A DNA stretch of 64,000 bases from the NCBI GenBank assembly GCA_013377005.1, contig JACABE010000017.1:9096-73095 (forward strand). Reading direction: 5' to 3'. Shown here piece by piece: positions 9,075 through 17,779 of this stretch. Each line of letters opens with the position of its first letter. Positions within the stretch are counted from its first letter, which is position 1. Position numbers and translations under genes: made by a program. This DNA comes from Bacteroidota bacterium. Its GTDB lineage: Bacteria > Bacteroidota > Bacteroidia > Bacteroidales > JACABE01. The notes below the pieces were generated by a model. The model was not told the origin of the DNA, searched no databases, and saw nothing but the letters and a program-made list of their open reading frames with translations.

Positions 9075-9710
9075 ATGCTAATATTTAAAAATTACTGTTC
9101 TAAGTCTTTGCGGCTCTCTACGAAACCCTTTGCGTTCTCTGCGGTTAAAATAATTATCATTCTTGCATTATCTCTAAATTCATTTAATGCTAAAAGTCAA
9201 GAAACACCTAAGCATTTCTTCACAGAAGTAGGTTTTAAAATCGGCATAAGTGCTTATAGTATTGAACTTCCCGAAGGACAAAACTACAAACCACTTTTAC
9301 TGATGGGCAACTTTGGTTGTGAGCTCACCAAAAAAGAGAGAAAAGGAAAATGGTGGGTAATGTTTGAACCTCAAATCAATCCTGTTTTTCTAGACAATAA
9401 ACTTAAAGAAGTGGAATTCGGCATCAATGTGGCTATAAGATATAAATATAAAATAGGAGCGAATTCATTTTTTTATAGCCAGTTAGGTTCTGGTCCGCAT
9501 TTTATCACTGTTTCTACTGATAGACAGGCGCACGGCTATATTTTTTCAGATAATTTGACAATTGGGTTAAGCAACAAAATTTTCGGTACCTGGAATTTGG
9601 ATACTGAATTTCGTATCCGTCATATTTCCAATGCCAATGTAATGAAACCTAATAGAGGGATGAATAATCTATTCATAGTTATTGGTATTTCGAAGAGAAT
9701 AAATAAATAA
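9075..9710 (+). CDS. acyloxyacyl hydrolase / PagL-like lipid A deacylase (start uncertain)
   Basis: Signal peptide KIIIILALSLNSFNAKSQ, a beta-barrel-like sequence, and the C-terminal RHISNAN His/Ser pair typical of PagL-type esterases. The only in-frame starts (ATG 9051, ATG 9075, TTG 9108) lie upstream of or inside the repeat array. Confidence 0.6.
   Translation: MLIFKNYCSKSLRLSTKPFAFSAVKIIIILALSLNSFNAKSQETPKHFFTEVGFKIGISAYSIELPEGQNYKPLLLMGNFGCELTKKERKGKWWVMFEPQINPVFLDNKLKEVEFGINVAIRYKYKIGANSFFYSQLGSGPHFITVSTDRQAHGYIFSDNLTIGLSNKIFGTWNLDTEFRIRHISNANVMKPNRGMNNLFIVIGISKRINK
9106..9146. repeat. right inverted repeat array flanking the GxxExxY cassette
   Basis: CTTTGCGGCTCTCTACGAAACCCTTTGCGTTCTCTGCGGTT. 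The reverse complement carries four CGCAGAG/CGCAAAG-like units and ends in AACCGCAGAG, as the left repeat does. Confidence 0.7.
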
Positions 9711-9876
9711 CCTAAAATACACTACTTCCTGAATAAAAATATCTTATTCTTCTGATAAATAAAAAATAGCAATATATACAACAAAAGAAACAATAAAAAT
9801 AGTATTTTTGTAAACGATATAAATACTATTATAAAAATATTTCTTTTGTAACAATATAATTTTAAATGTTTTAAAT

Positions 9877-10656
9877 ATGAAAGTAGTTATTCTTGCCGGA
9901 GGGTTGGGTTCAAGATTGAGTGAAGAAACCACACTAAAACCAAAACCGATGGTTGAAATTGGAGGAAGACCAATACTTTGGCATATAATGAAAATATATT
10001 CTCATTATGGATATAATGACTTTATTATTTGTTGTGGCTATAAAGGCTATATGATAAAAGAATATTTTGCCAATTATTTTTTACACCAAGCAGATGTAAC
10101 TATTGATTTAAAACAAAACAAACTTGAAGTTCACCAATCTAATGTTGAGCCATGGAGAATTACATTAATTGATACCGGCCTCGATACAATGACGGGTGGA
10201 AGAATAAAAAAAATTCAGAAATACATAGGAAATGAACCATTTATGTTAACGTATGGAGATGGATTAGGGAATGTTAATATTAAAGAATTGGTCGAATTTC
10301 ATACTAAACAAAATAAACTTGCAACGGTTACTGTTGTTCAGCCTTCAGGCAGATTTGGGGCAATTCATTTTAATCAGGAAAATTCTGTTGAAATTTTTGC
10401 ATTTCAGGAAAAACCCAAAGGTGATAATACATGGATAAATGGAGGCTTTTTTGTTCTCCAACCGGAAGTGTTTGATTATATAAAAGATGGCGATTCCACA
10501 ATTTGGGAAAGAGAGCCATTAGAAACGCTGGCTAAAGACAAACAGCTTCACGCATTCAGGCATTATGGGTTTTGGAAACCTATGGATACTATTCGCGACA
10601 AAGAAGATTTAGAAGATTTATGGAAAACCGATAAATGCGACTGGAAATTATGGTAG
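9877..10656 (+). CDS. rfbF: glucose-1-phosphate cytidylyltransferase
   Basis: MKVVILAGGLGSRLSEET..KPKPMVEIGGRPILWHIM is the characteristic RfbF/DdhA N-terminus. 259 aa. Confidence 0.9.
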   Translation: MKVVILAGGLGSRLSEETTLKPKPMVEIGGRPILWHIMKIYSHYGYNDFIICCGYKGYMIKEYFANYFLHQADVTIDLKQNKLEVHQSNVEPWRITLIDTGLDTMTGGRIKKIQKYIGNEPFMLTYGDGLGNVNIKELVEFHTKQNKLATVTVVQPSGRFGAIHFNQENSVEIFAFQEKPKGDNTWINGGFFVLQPEVFDYIKDGDSTIWEREPLETLAKDKQLHAFRHYGFWKPMDTIRDKEDLEDLWKTDKCDWKLW

Positions 10657-11729
10657 AAAACATAAACAAACTTTTTTGGAAAGGGAAAAGAGTATTAATT
10701 ACAGGTCATACTGGTTTTAAAGGTTCCTGGCTTTGTTTGATATTGAAAGAAATGGATGCTGAAGTGTATGGCTACGCATTGGATCCTCCAACACAACCCA
10801 GTCTTTTCAAGGAAGCACATATTGAAAAACTTATAACATCTTCTATTGGAGATATCCGTGATTATGAAAAGTTTTCTAAATTTCTTTTATCAGTAAAACC
10901 TGATATTATTATACACATGGCGGCACAAGCACTAGTTCGGGAATCGTATAAAAATCCGGTGGAAACTTATGCGGTTAATGTGATGGGCACTGTTAATCTT
11001 TTTGAAGCTATTCGACATACGACAGGAATAAAAGCTGTAGTAAACGTAACTACTGATAAATGTTATGAAAACCGTGAGTGGCATTGGGGATATCGCGAGA
11101 ATGAGCCGATGGGTGGATATGACCCCTATTCTAACAGTAAAGGATGTTCAGAATTAGTAACAGCATCTTTCAGGAACTCATTCTTTAATTCAAAAGACTA
11201 TAGCAAACATGGTATTGCAATAGCCACAGCTAGAGCTGGAAATGTTATTGGTGGTGGCGACTGGGCTGAAGATCGATTGATACCCGATTTTATCAGAGCT
11301 ATTTCAAAAGGAGAAAAGTTAAAAATACGAAGTCCTTTTGCTATTCGTCCTTGGCAGCATGTATTAGAACCACTTTCGGGCTATCTTATCTTAGCCGAAA
11401 AACTATTTAATAACGGAGTTGAATTTGCCGAAGCTTGGAATTTCGGACCTGATGATAATGATGCCAAAAATGTAGAGTGGATTACCTCAAAAATGTGTAA
11501 GTTGTGGGGTGAAAATGCAGCTTACGAAATTGATAACAATCCACAACCTCACGAAGCAAATTATTTAAAATTAGATTGTTCTAAAGCAAAAAATATTTTA
11601 GATTGGCATCCTCGTTGGAATTTGGAACAATCATTATCTTATATTATTGATTGGAACAAATCATTTTTAAAAGGTGATGATATGCGGGAAGTGTGCAAAA
11701 TTCAAATACGTGAATATTTTAGATTTTAA
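10650..11729 (+). CDS. rfbG: CDP-glucose 4,6-dehydratase
   Basis: FWKGKRVLITGHTGFKGSWL Rossmann motif and YSNSK catalytic motif. The start was moved to the ATG at 10650, which overlaps the rfbF stop; the track ORF starts at 10635. Confidence 0.9.
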   Translation: MVENINKLFWKGKRVLITGHTGFKGSWLCLILKEMDAEVYGYALDPPTQPSLFKEAHIEKLITSSIGDIRDYEKFSKFLLSVKPDIIIHMAAQALVRESYKNPVETYAVNVMGTVNLFEAIRHTTGIKAVVNVTTDKCYENREWHWGYRENEPMGGYDPYSNSKGCSELVTASFRNSFFNSKDYSKHGIAIATARAGNVIGGGDWAEDRLIPDFIRAISKGEKLKIRSPFAIRPWQHVLEPLSGYLILAEKLFNNGVEFAEAWNFGPDDNDAKNVEWITSKMCKLWGENAAYEIDNNPQPHEANYLKLDCSKAKNILDWHPRWNLEQSLSYIIDWNKSFLKGDDMREVCKIQIREYFRF

Positions 11730-11744
11730 TAACTAAATAATACT

Positions 11745-13058
11745 ATGAGCGATATTAAAACACTCAGAAAAGAAATAATTGAAAAAACGATTGAATATTA
11801 CCAACTGAAATTTTCAAATAAAGAATTTATAGCTGGTAAAACCAAGGTAAACTATGCCGGAAGGGTTTTCGATGAAACAGAATTGGTAAATGCAGTAGAT
11901 GCATCATTAGATTTTTGGCTCACCGAAGGACGATTTACCGAAGAATTTGCAGAAAAAATCGCAGAGTTTTTGGGAATAGAACACGTTTTACTTACAAATT
12001 CAGGTTCTTCAGCCAACTTATTGGCTTTTTCTGCTCTTACTTCAGAAAAACTTGGAGAAAAACGATTGAAATCAGGAGATGAAGTAATTTCTGTTGCAGC
12101 AAGCTTTCCCGCTACAATTACACCCATCATTCAATATGGTTTAATTCCTGTTTTTGTAGATGTTGAAATACCTACCTACAATATTGATATTGAAATGATG
12201 CGTAAAGCCATCACACCTAAAACCCGATGCATCTTTCTTGCACATACTTTAGGAAATACATTTGATATTGATGCAATTATGCAAATAGCAAAAGAACATG
12301 ATTTATGGGTTATTGAGGATAATTGTGATTCTTTTGGGAGTAAATACAATGGCAAATTTACAGGCACATTCGGACATATATCTACAATTTCTTTTTATCC
12401 AGCTCATCATATTACCACAGGTGAGGGCGGTGCAATATGCACTAACGATCCATTGCTGGCAAATTTAATCAGAGCGTTTCGCGATTGGGGACGCGATTGT
12501 TATTGTGCAGGCGGTGAAAACAATACTTGTGGCAAAAGGTATACTCAACAATTTGGAGAATTACCTATCGGTTATGATCACAAATACGTTTATTCTGAAA
12601 TTGGATATAATTTAAAAATGACCGATATTCAGGCTGCAATTGGAGCTGCACAAATGAATAAATTAGCTGATTTCTGTGAAAAAAGAAGGTTACATTTTAA
12701 TGAATGGACACGGATTTTCTCCAAATTTTCCAACTATTTTATTTTACCAAATGCTACAGAAAAATCGGATCCTTCATGGTTTAGTTTTATAATTACTTTA
12801 AAAGATAACTGTCCGTTCACACGTGATGAAATAACAAAATATTTGGATCAAAATCTTATTGAAACACGTAATTTGTTTGCAGGAAACATTGTTAAACAGC
12901 CAGCTTTTATTCATAAAAAATGGCGAATTGCAGATCATCTCAAAAATACCGATTATATTATGAACAATACTTTCTTTTTAGGAACGTATCCGGGATTAAC
13001 AAAAGAGATGTTTGATTATGTTGAAAATGTAGTATCTGAATACATAAGAAAATTTTAA
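11745..13058 (+). CDS. rfbH: CDP-6-deoxy-L-threo-D-glycero-4-hexulose 3-dehydrase (E1, PMP and 2Fe-2S dependent)
   Basis: 437 aa DegT-fold protein. SFYPAHHITTGEGG has His where aminotransferases carry the Schiff-base Lys. An exact C-x57-C-x-C-x7-C spacing (NCDS...DCYCAGGENNTC) matches the E1 iron-sulfur motif. Confidence 0.9.
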   Translation: MSDIKTLRKEIIEKTIEYYQLKFSNKEFIAGKTKVNYAGRVFDETELVNAVDASLDFWLTEGRFTEEFAEKIAEFLGIEHVLLTNSGSSANLLAFSALTSEKLGEKRLKSGDEVISVAASFPATITPIIQYGLIPVFVDVEIPTYNIDIEMMRKAITPKTRCIFLAHTLGNTFDIDAIMQIAKEHDLWVIEDNCDSFGSKYNGKFTGTFGHISTISFYPAHHITTGEGGAICTNDPLLANLIRAFRDWGRDCYCAGGENNTCGKRYTQQFGELPIGYDHKYVYSEIGYNLKMTDIQAAIGAAQMNKLADFCEKRRLHFNEWTRIFSKFSNYFILPNATEKSDPSWFSFIITLKDNCPFTRDEITKYLDQNLIETRNLFAGNIVKQPAFIHKKWRIADHLKNTDYIMNNTFFLGTYPGLTKEMFDYVENVVSEYIRKF

Positions 13059-13063
13059 TAAAA

Positions 13064-13753
13064 ATGGCTATCGTTAAAAAATACCCGACAGAGATAGTCT
13101 CTATTGAACAACCAATAAAAGACATCTTTACTTTACAGATGAAATCATTGGGTGGTTCTTATAAATATGCTCCCGGTCAGTTTCTACATTTTGCATTAGA
13201 TGAATACGATCCAAGTTCCGGATGGCCGGAATCCCGTTGTTTTAGCATGCAATCCAGTGCAAAAGATGAATTGATTAAAATTACTTTTGCAGTGAAAGGT
13301 CGTTTTACAAAAAGAATGGCAACTGAATTGATGGCAGGTAGCTTGGTAACATTGAAACTACCTTACGGAGATTTATTTACACAAGAACATTGCAAAGAAA
13401 ATACTGTTTTTATTGCAGGAGGTACGGGCATTACACCATTTCTTTCGTTGTTTACAGACCCTGATTTTGCTTTTTACAAAAACCCTTTTTTATTTGCAGG
13501 CTTTCAAAACAAAGAATTAAATTTATATCATGATGAATTAAAGATTGCTATGCAAATCAATCCGAACCTTATAATAAACTATATTTATCAAGACAAACAA
13601 GGAATGTTGGATATTGCTAAAATCCTTAATAAAAGTGATAGCAAAAGCTCTTTCTTTATTTCAGGACCGCCTGAGATGATAAAAACGTTTAAAAAATATC
13701 TTATACAGCAAGAAATACACGAAAACCAAATTAAAACAGATGATTGGGAGTAA
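13064..13753 (+). CDS. FNR-type flavin reductase, E3 (AscD/DdhD)-like but lacking the ferredoxin domain
   Basis: 229 aa. RCFSMQS flavin-binding motif and GGTGITP nucleotide-binding motif. Only two Cys in the whole protein, so no plant-type 2Fe-2S site. Confidence 0.65.
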   Translation: MAIVKKYPTEIVSIEQPIKDIFTLQMKSLGGSYKYAPGQFLHFALDEYDPSSGWPESRCFSMQSSAKDELIKITFAVKGRFTKRMATELMAGSLVTLKLPYGDLFTQEHCKENTVFIAGGTGITPFLSLFTDPDFAFYKNPFLFAGFQNKELNLYHDELKIAMQINPNLIINYIYQDKQGMLDIAKILNKSDSKSSFFISGPPEMIKTFKKYLIQQEIHENQIKTDDWE

Positions 13754-14945
13754 AACAAAAATAAAAAACCTATTACGAAGTTGTCCAATTTGTGACAACA
13801 CCGATGGCGAAATACTTCATAACCAGCGATTTTTTTTGCCTGAAAACCACATTTTACCTTCCAATTATGATGTAGTTTGTTGTAATACTTGTGGCTTTGT
13901 CTTTGCTGACACTTCTGCAAACCAGAAGACATATAACATCTTTTATCAGGAAATGTCTAAATATGAAGATGTTAAAACAGCAAGTGGTGGTGGTGACAAA
14001 ACTTATGATTTATCACGTTTAAAAGAAACAGCTGAAGATATTGAAAACTTAATTCCATCAAAGAACAGTAGTATTCTTGATATTGGTTGTGGAAACGGTG
14101 GTTTGTTAATGGAACTAAAAAAATTGGGATTTACTAACTTAACAGGACTTGATCCTTCACCCGTTTGTGTAAATAATATTTTAAATAAGGGGATTGAAGC
14201 AAAATTAGGTGGAATTTTTAATATTAGTACATTAAATAAAAAGTATGATTTTATAATCTTCTCCCATGTGTTTGAACATTTAGTAGATATACAATCTGCC
14301 GTAAAAAACATCTCTGAATTATTAAGTCAAGATGGATTAGTTTATATTGAAACACCTGATGCTTCACTTTACTATGAGTTCTATGTTGCTCCTTTTCATT
14401 ATTTTGACATTGAACATATCAACCATTTCTGTTCAGTATCACTTATAAATATCTTCTCAAAATTTGATTATAATTGTAAAAAATCTGAACAAAAGAAAAT
14501 ACAAGTTTCTGAAACAGTAGAATACCCAGCTGTTTATTGTTGCTTTACGAAAAGCGATATTAATTCTTTTTCAACTTATAAAATTAATGATAATTTAAAA
14601 AAGAATATATTAAAATATATTCTTCGTTCAAATAATGAATTAATATTTCCTGAATTAATAGATTATGTAAATAATAAAACACCTGTAATCGTTTTTGGTG
14701 CAGGAAGTTTTACACTTAGCTTAATTGAGAACACTATTTTAGGTAAGTGCAATATTATTGCTTTTATTGACAATGACTCAAAGAAACAAGGAAATATTAT
14801 TAATGGAATTTGTGTTTATGGAAAGGAATTTCTTTATAAATCAGATGCTGTGATTATTATTTGTTCAGCTCTATTTAGTTTCGAAATTGAACAGGAAATC
14901 AAATCAATGTGCATTAAGAATCGAATTCTAAAAATAAACACATAA
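13740..14945 (+). CDS. SAM-dependent methyltransferase with N-terminal 4-Cys zinc ribbon and C-terminal Rossmann-like domain (possible NDP-hexose C-methyltransferase type)
   Basis: CPICD...CCNTCG zinc ribbon, ILDIGCGNGG SAM motif, C-terminal VIVFGAGSFT...IAFIDND domain. 401 aa. Confidence 0.65.
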   Translation: MIGSKTKIKNLLRSCPICDNTDGEILHNQRFFLPENHILPSNYDVVCCNTCGFVFADTSANQKTYNIFYQEMSKYEDVKTASGGGDKTYDLSRLKETAEDIENLIPSKNSSILDIGCGNGGLLMELKKLGFTNLTGLDPSPVCVNNILNKGIEAKLGGIFNISTLNKKYDFIIFSHVFEHLVDIQSAVKNISELLSQDGLVYIETPDASLYYEFYVAPFHYFDIEHINHFCSVSLINIFSKFDYNCKKSEQKKIQVSETVEYPAVYCCFTKSDINSFSTYKINDNLKKNILKYILRSNNELIFPELIDYVNNKTPVIVFGAGSFTLSLIENTILGKCNIIAFIDNDSKKQGNIINGICVYGKEFLYKSDAVIIICSALFSFEIEQEIKSMCIKNRILKINT

Positions 14946-14990
14946 AGTACAGAACTTGCTAAAAATAAGCTTGTTTATAACCATTAAAAG

Positions 14991-16073
14991 ATGAAAGAAG
15001 AAATGAATTTTAAAAATGAAATAAGTGAAAACCAATTTTATATTTTTGGTGCCGGAAATACTGCAATTAAAGTGATGCAAGTGCTACAAAATACTGGCAA
15101 ATCAATAGCTTCTTTCATTGTAACTTCCAAACCAAACTTTCCTGAAATAAACAATATTAGGGTTATTGAACTTAAGGAAACATCAACTTTAGATAAAAAT
15201 ATACCCATAATAATCGCCATTTTTAATAGAGAACCTAATGCGTTTTTGCAAGATATTATCACAAACCTAAAATCCTTTGGTTTTAATAAAATCCTGACTT
15301 ATCCCGAATTTCATTCTTTTTTTTCAGCACAATTGGGTGATACAGTTTGGCTGACCGATAAAAACTATTATTCCAAGAATATTGGAAAATATTTGAATGT
15401 TCAGAAATTATTTAAAGATCCAATAAGCATAGACACCTATTCAATAATAATTGAGTATTTAAAAACCTTTGATCCATCTTTTTTAATAAAGCCTGATTTT
15501 AAAAATCAATATTTTCCCTTAGATATAGACGTTTGGGATGGAAAGGGGGCATTTTATGATATTGGTTCGTTTGATGGTGAAAATATTTTTGATGCATATA
15601 AAGCAAAAGGTCAGCTTGATCTTGTTATTGCTTTTGAACCTGAAATGGATAACTTCCAAAAAATTGTAAATAATACGAAGTTAAAAGATAATATTACAAA
15701 CCAATTGTTTATTTATCCTTGTGGTGTTTGGTCAGAAACAACGATGCTTAAATTTGAGACTGGCGTGGGCGAGAGTTCATCTTACAGCGAACACGGCAAT
15801 CAAATAATCCCAGTTGTAAAAATTGACGAAATTATCCACACTTATCCCGGTTACTTAAAAATGGATATTGAGGGTGCTGAAATTGAAGCTTTGCTGGGGG
15901 CTAAAAAAACTATTTGTAAATATAAACCTTCATTAGCCATCAGTATTTATCATAAACCCGATCATATTTATAGTATTCCTGAACTAATTGATAGTTGGGA
16001 TTTAGGATACAATTTTTATATTCGGTTTCATGGTAATAATCTTATTGATACAGTTTTATATTGTATTCAATAA
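14991..16073 (+). CDS. FkbM-family methyltransferase with N-terminal Rossmann-like domain
   Basis: N-terminal FYIFGAGNTAIKV, then FkbM hallmarks FYDIGSFDGEN, IAFEPE, KMDIEGAEIEALLGA. Confidence 0.7.
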   Translation: MKEEMNFKNEISENQFYIFGAGNTAIKVMQVLQNTGKSIASFIVTSKPNFPEINNIRVIELKETSTLDKNIPIIIAIFNREPNAFLQDIITNLKSFGFNKILTYPEFHSFFSAQLGDTVWLTDKNYYSKNIGKYLNVQKLFKDPISIDTYSIIIEYLKTFDPSFLIKPDFKNQYFPLDIDVWDGKGAFYDIGSFDGENIFDAYKAKGQLDLVIAFEPEMDNFQKIVNNTKLKDNITNQLFIYPCGVWSETTMLKFETGVGESSSYSEHGNQIIPVVKIDEIIHTYPGYLKMDIEGAEIEALLGAKKTICKYKPSLAISIYHKPDHIYSIPELIDSWDLGYNFYIRFHGNNLIDTVLYCIQ

Positions 16074-16085
16074 CAAAAATAATCA

Positions 16086-17123
16086 ATGAAAAAATCTCTT
16101 CAAAACGATCTCGATTATATATTTAATAAAACAAGCCATTTGGTTAACGAATTGGATGGCAAAACAATTTTTATAACTGGTGGAACTGGTTTCATAGGGA
16201 AATGCATACTTGAATATTTTCTTTGGCTTAACCAGTATAAATCTATTACGTTTAATATTATTGTATTATCGCGTAATCCTGATTATTTTTTAGGAAAATT
16301 CCCTAAATTTATTGTCCCCTTTATTCAATTTGTAAAAGGAGATGTAACAGAATTCGATTATTCCAAATTGCCTCATAGTGATATTATTATACATGCTGCT
16401 ACCGAAGCTGATGCAAAGCTAAATCACGAGCAACCGCTTAAAATGATAAATACAATTGTCGAGGGTACAAGAAAAGTGTTCGATTATGGGGTGAAAGTTA
16501 AATCGCAAAAAGTTTTATATTTAAGCAGTGGTGCTGTTTATGGCGTTCAACCCGATAATATAGTTGGATTTTCAGAGAATTATTATGGTGGACCTAATGT
16601 TCTCAATACAGCTTCGGCTTATTCCGAGGCAAAACGGTTTTCTGAACTCTATTGTTCTTGTTATCAGAAACAATATCAGATGAATGTTGTTATAGCTCGC
16701 TGTTTTGCATTTGTAGGTCCATACTTGCCATTAGACATGCACTTTGCAATTGGCAATTTTATTGGAAACGGCTTAAAAGGCGAGGATATAATCATTAAAG
16801 GAAATGGGAGCCCTCTTCGTTCTTATATGTATGCTGCTGATTTAGTGATTTGGTTATTATATGCATTACTCAGAGGTGAAAGCGGACAAGCATATAATAT
16901 TGGATCTGAAAAATCATTATCTATTAAAGAATTAGCTATAGAGGTTGCTAAATTTTTTCCGAAGTTGTCTGTTAAAATTTTAGGCGAATCTAACCCAACC
17001 GATAGGAATCAGAACTATATTCCATGTATTAAAAAAATTAAGACAGAATTGGCAGTGCCTGAAATATTATCACTTCAGGAGGCTATTGGTAGAACAATAA
17101 TGTTTCATACATCTGATGAGTAA
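16086..17123 (+). CDS. NAD-dependent epimerase/dehydratase-family (extended SDR) sugar-nucleotide reductase/epimerase
   Basis: FITGGTGFIGKC Rossmann motif and YSEAK (YxxxK) catalytic motif. 345 aa. Confidence 0.8.
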   Translation: MKKSLQNDLDYIFNKTSHLVNELDGKTIFITGGTGFIGKCILEYFLWLNQYKSITFNIIVLSRNPDYFLGKFPKFIVPFIQFVKGDVTEFDYSKLPHSDIIIHAATEADAKLNHEQPLKMINTIVEGTRKVFDYGVKVKSQKVLYLSSGAVYGVQPDNIVGFSENYYGGPNVLNTASAYSEAKRFSELYCSCYQKQYQMNVVIARCFAFVGPYLPLDMHFAIGNFIGNGLKGEDIIIKGNGSPLRSYMYAADLVIWLLYALLRGESGQAYNIGSEKSLSIKELAIEVAKFFPKLSVKILGESNPTDRNQNYIPCIKKIKTELAVPEILSLQEAIGRTIMFHTSDE

Positions 17124-17772
17124 TTTTGAAAACATAATATTTGATTTTGATGGAACTTTGGTTGATTCTCAGGCTGATATAAAAGATTCCTTAAAAGCTG
17201 CTATTTATAAAATTAAAGGTGTTAATATTGATAGTTCTTCTTTTAAAATCGGACCTCCCTTAGAAGAAATGATAAAAACAATTTTAATAAATATCTCGCA
17301 AGATGAAACGAATAAGATTGTAAACAGCTTTAGGGCAATCTATAACGAAAGTGGATTTAATAAAACATTTTGTTACAGAGGGATTGAAAATCTATTAAAA
17401 ACCTTAAAAGAAACAAATAAACGTATTTATATTGCCACTAATAAGCCGGAAAATTTAACAAAAAAAATAATAAAAAAACTTAATATTGACTTTTTTGATG
17501 ATATTTGTACTGTTGACAAAATTGAAGGTGTCTTTTTATTAAAAAAAGAAATGATATCTTTGCTGATTAAAAAAAATAAACTTAATCGAAAAACAACGCT
17601 GATGATTGGTGATAGTGCATCAGATGTAAGATCTGGAAGAGAAAATGATATTACAACCATCGGTGTTGGTTATGGTTATGGAATTAGGGAGGAAATAATT
17701 AAAGCAATTCCAGATTTTTATTTTGATACAACACAGCAATTAATTGATTTTTTAATACACCAACCAAATTAA
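17116..17772 (+). CDS. HAD-IA family phosphatase (phosphoglycolate phosphatase-like)
   Basis: HAD motifs FDFDGTLVDS (I), ATNK (II/III) and GDSASD (IV). Confidence 0.8.
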   Translation: MSNFENIIFDFDGTLVDSQADIKDSLKAAIYKIKGVNIDSSSFKIGPPLEEMIKTILINISQDETNKIVNSFRAIYNESGFNKTFCYRGIENLLKTLKETNKRIYIATNKPENLTKKIIKKLNIDFFDDICTVDKIEGVFLLKKEMISLLIKKNKLNRKTTLMIGDSASDVRSGRENDITTIGVGYGYGIREEIIKAIPDFYFDTTQQLIDFLIHQPN

Positions 17773-17779
17773 ATTATAT

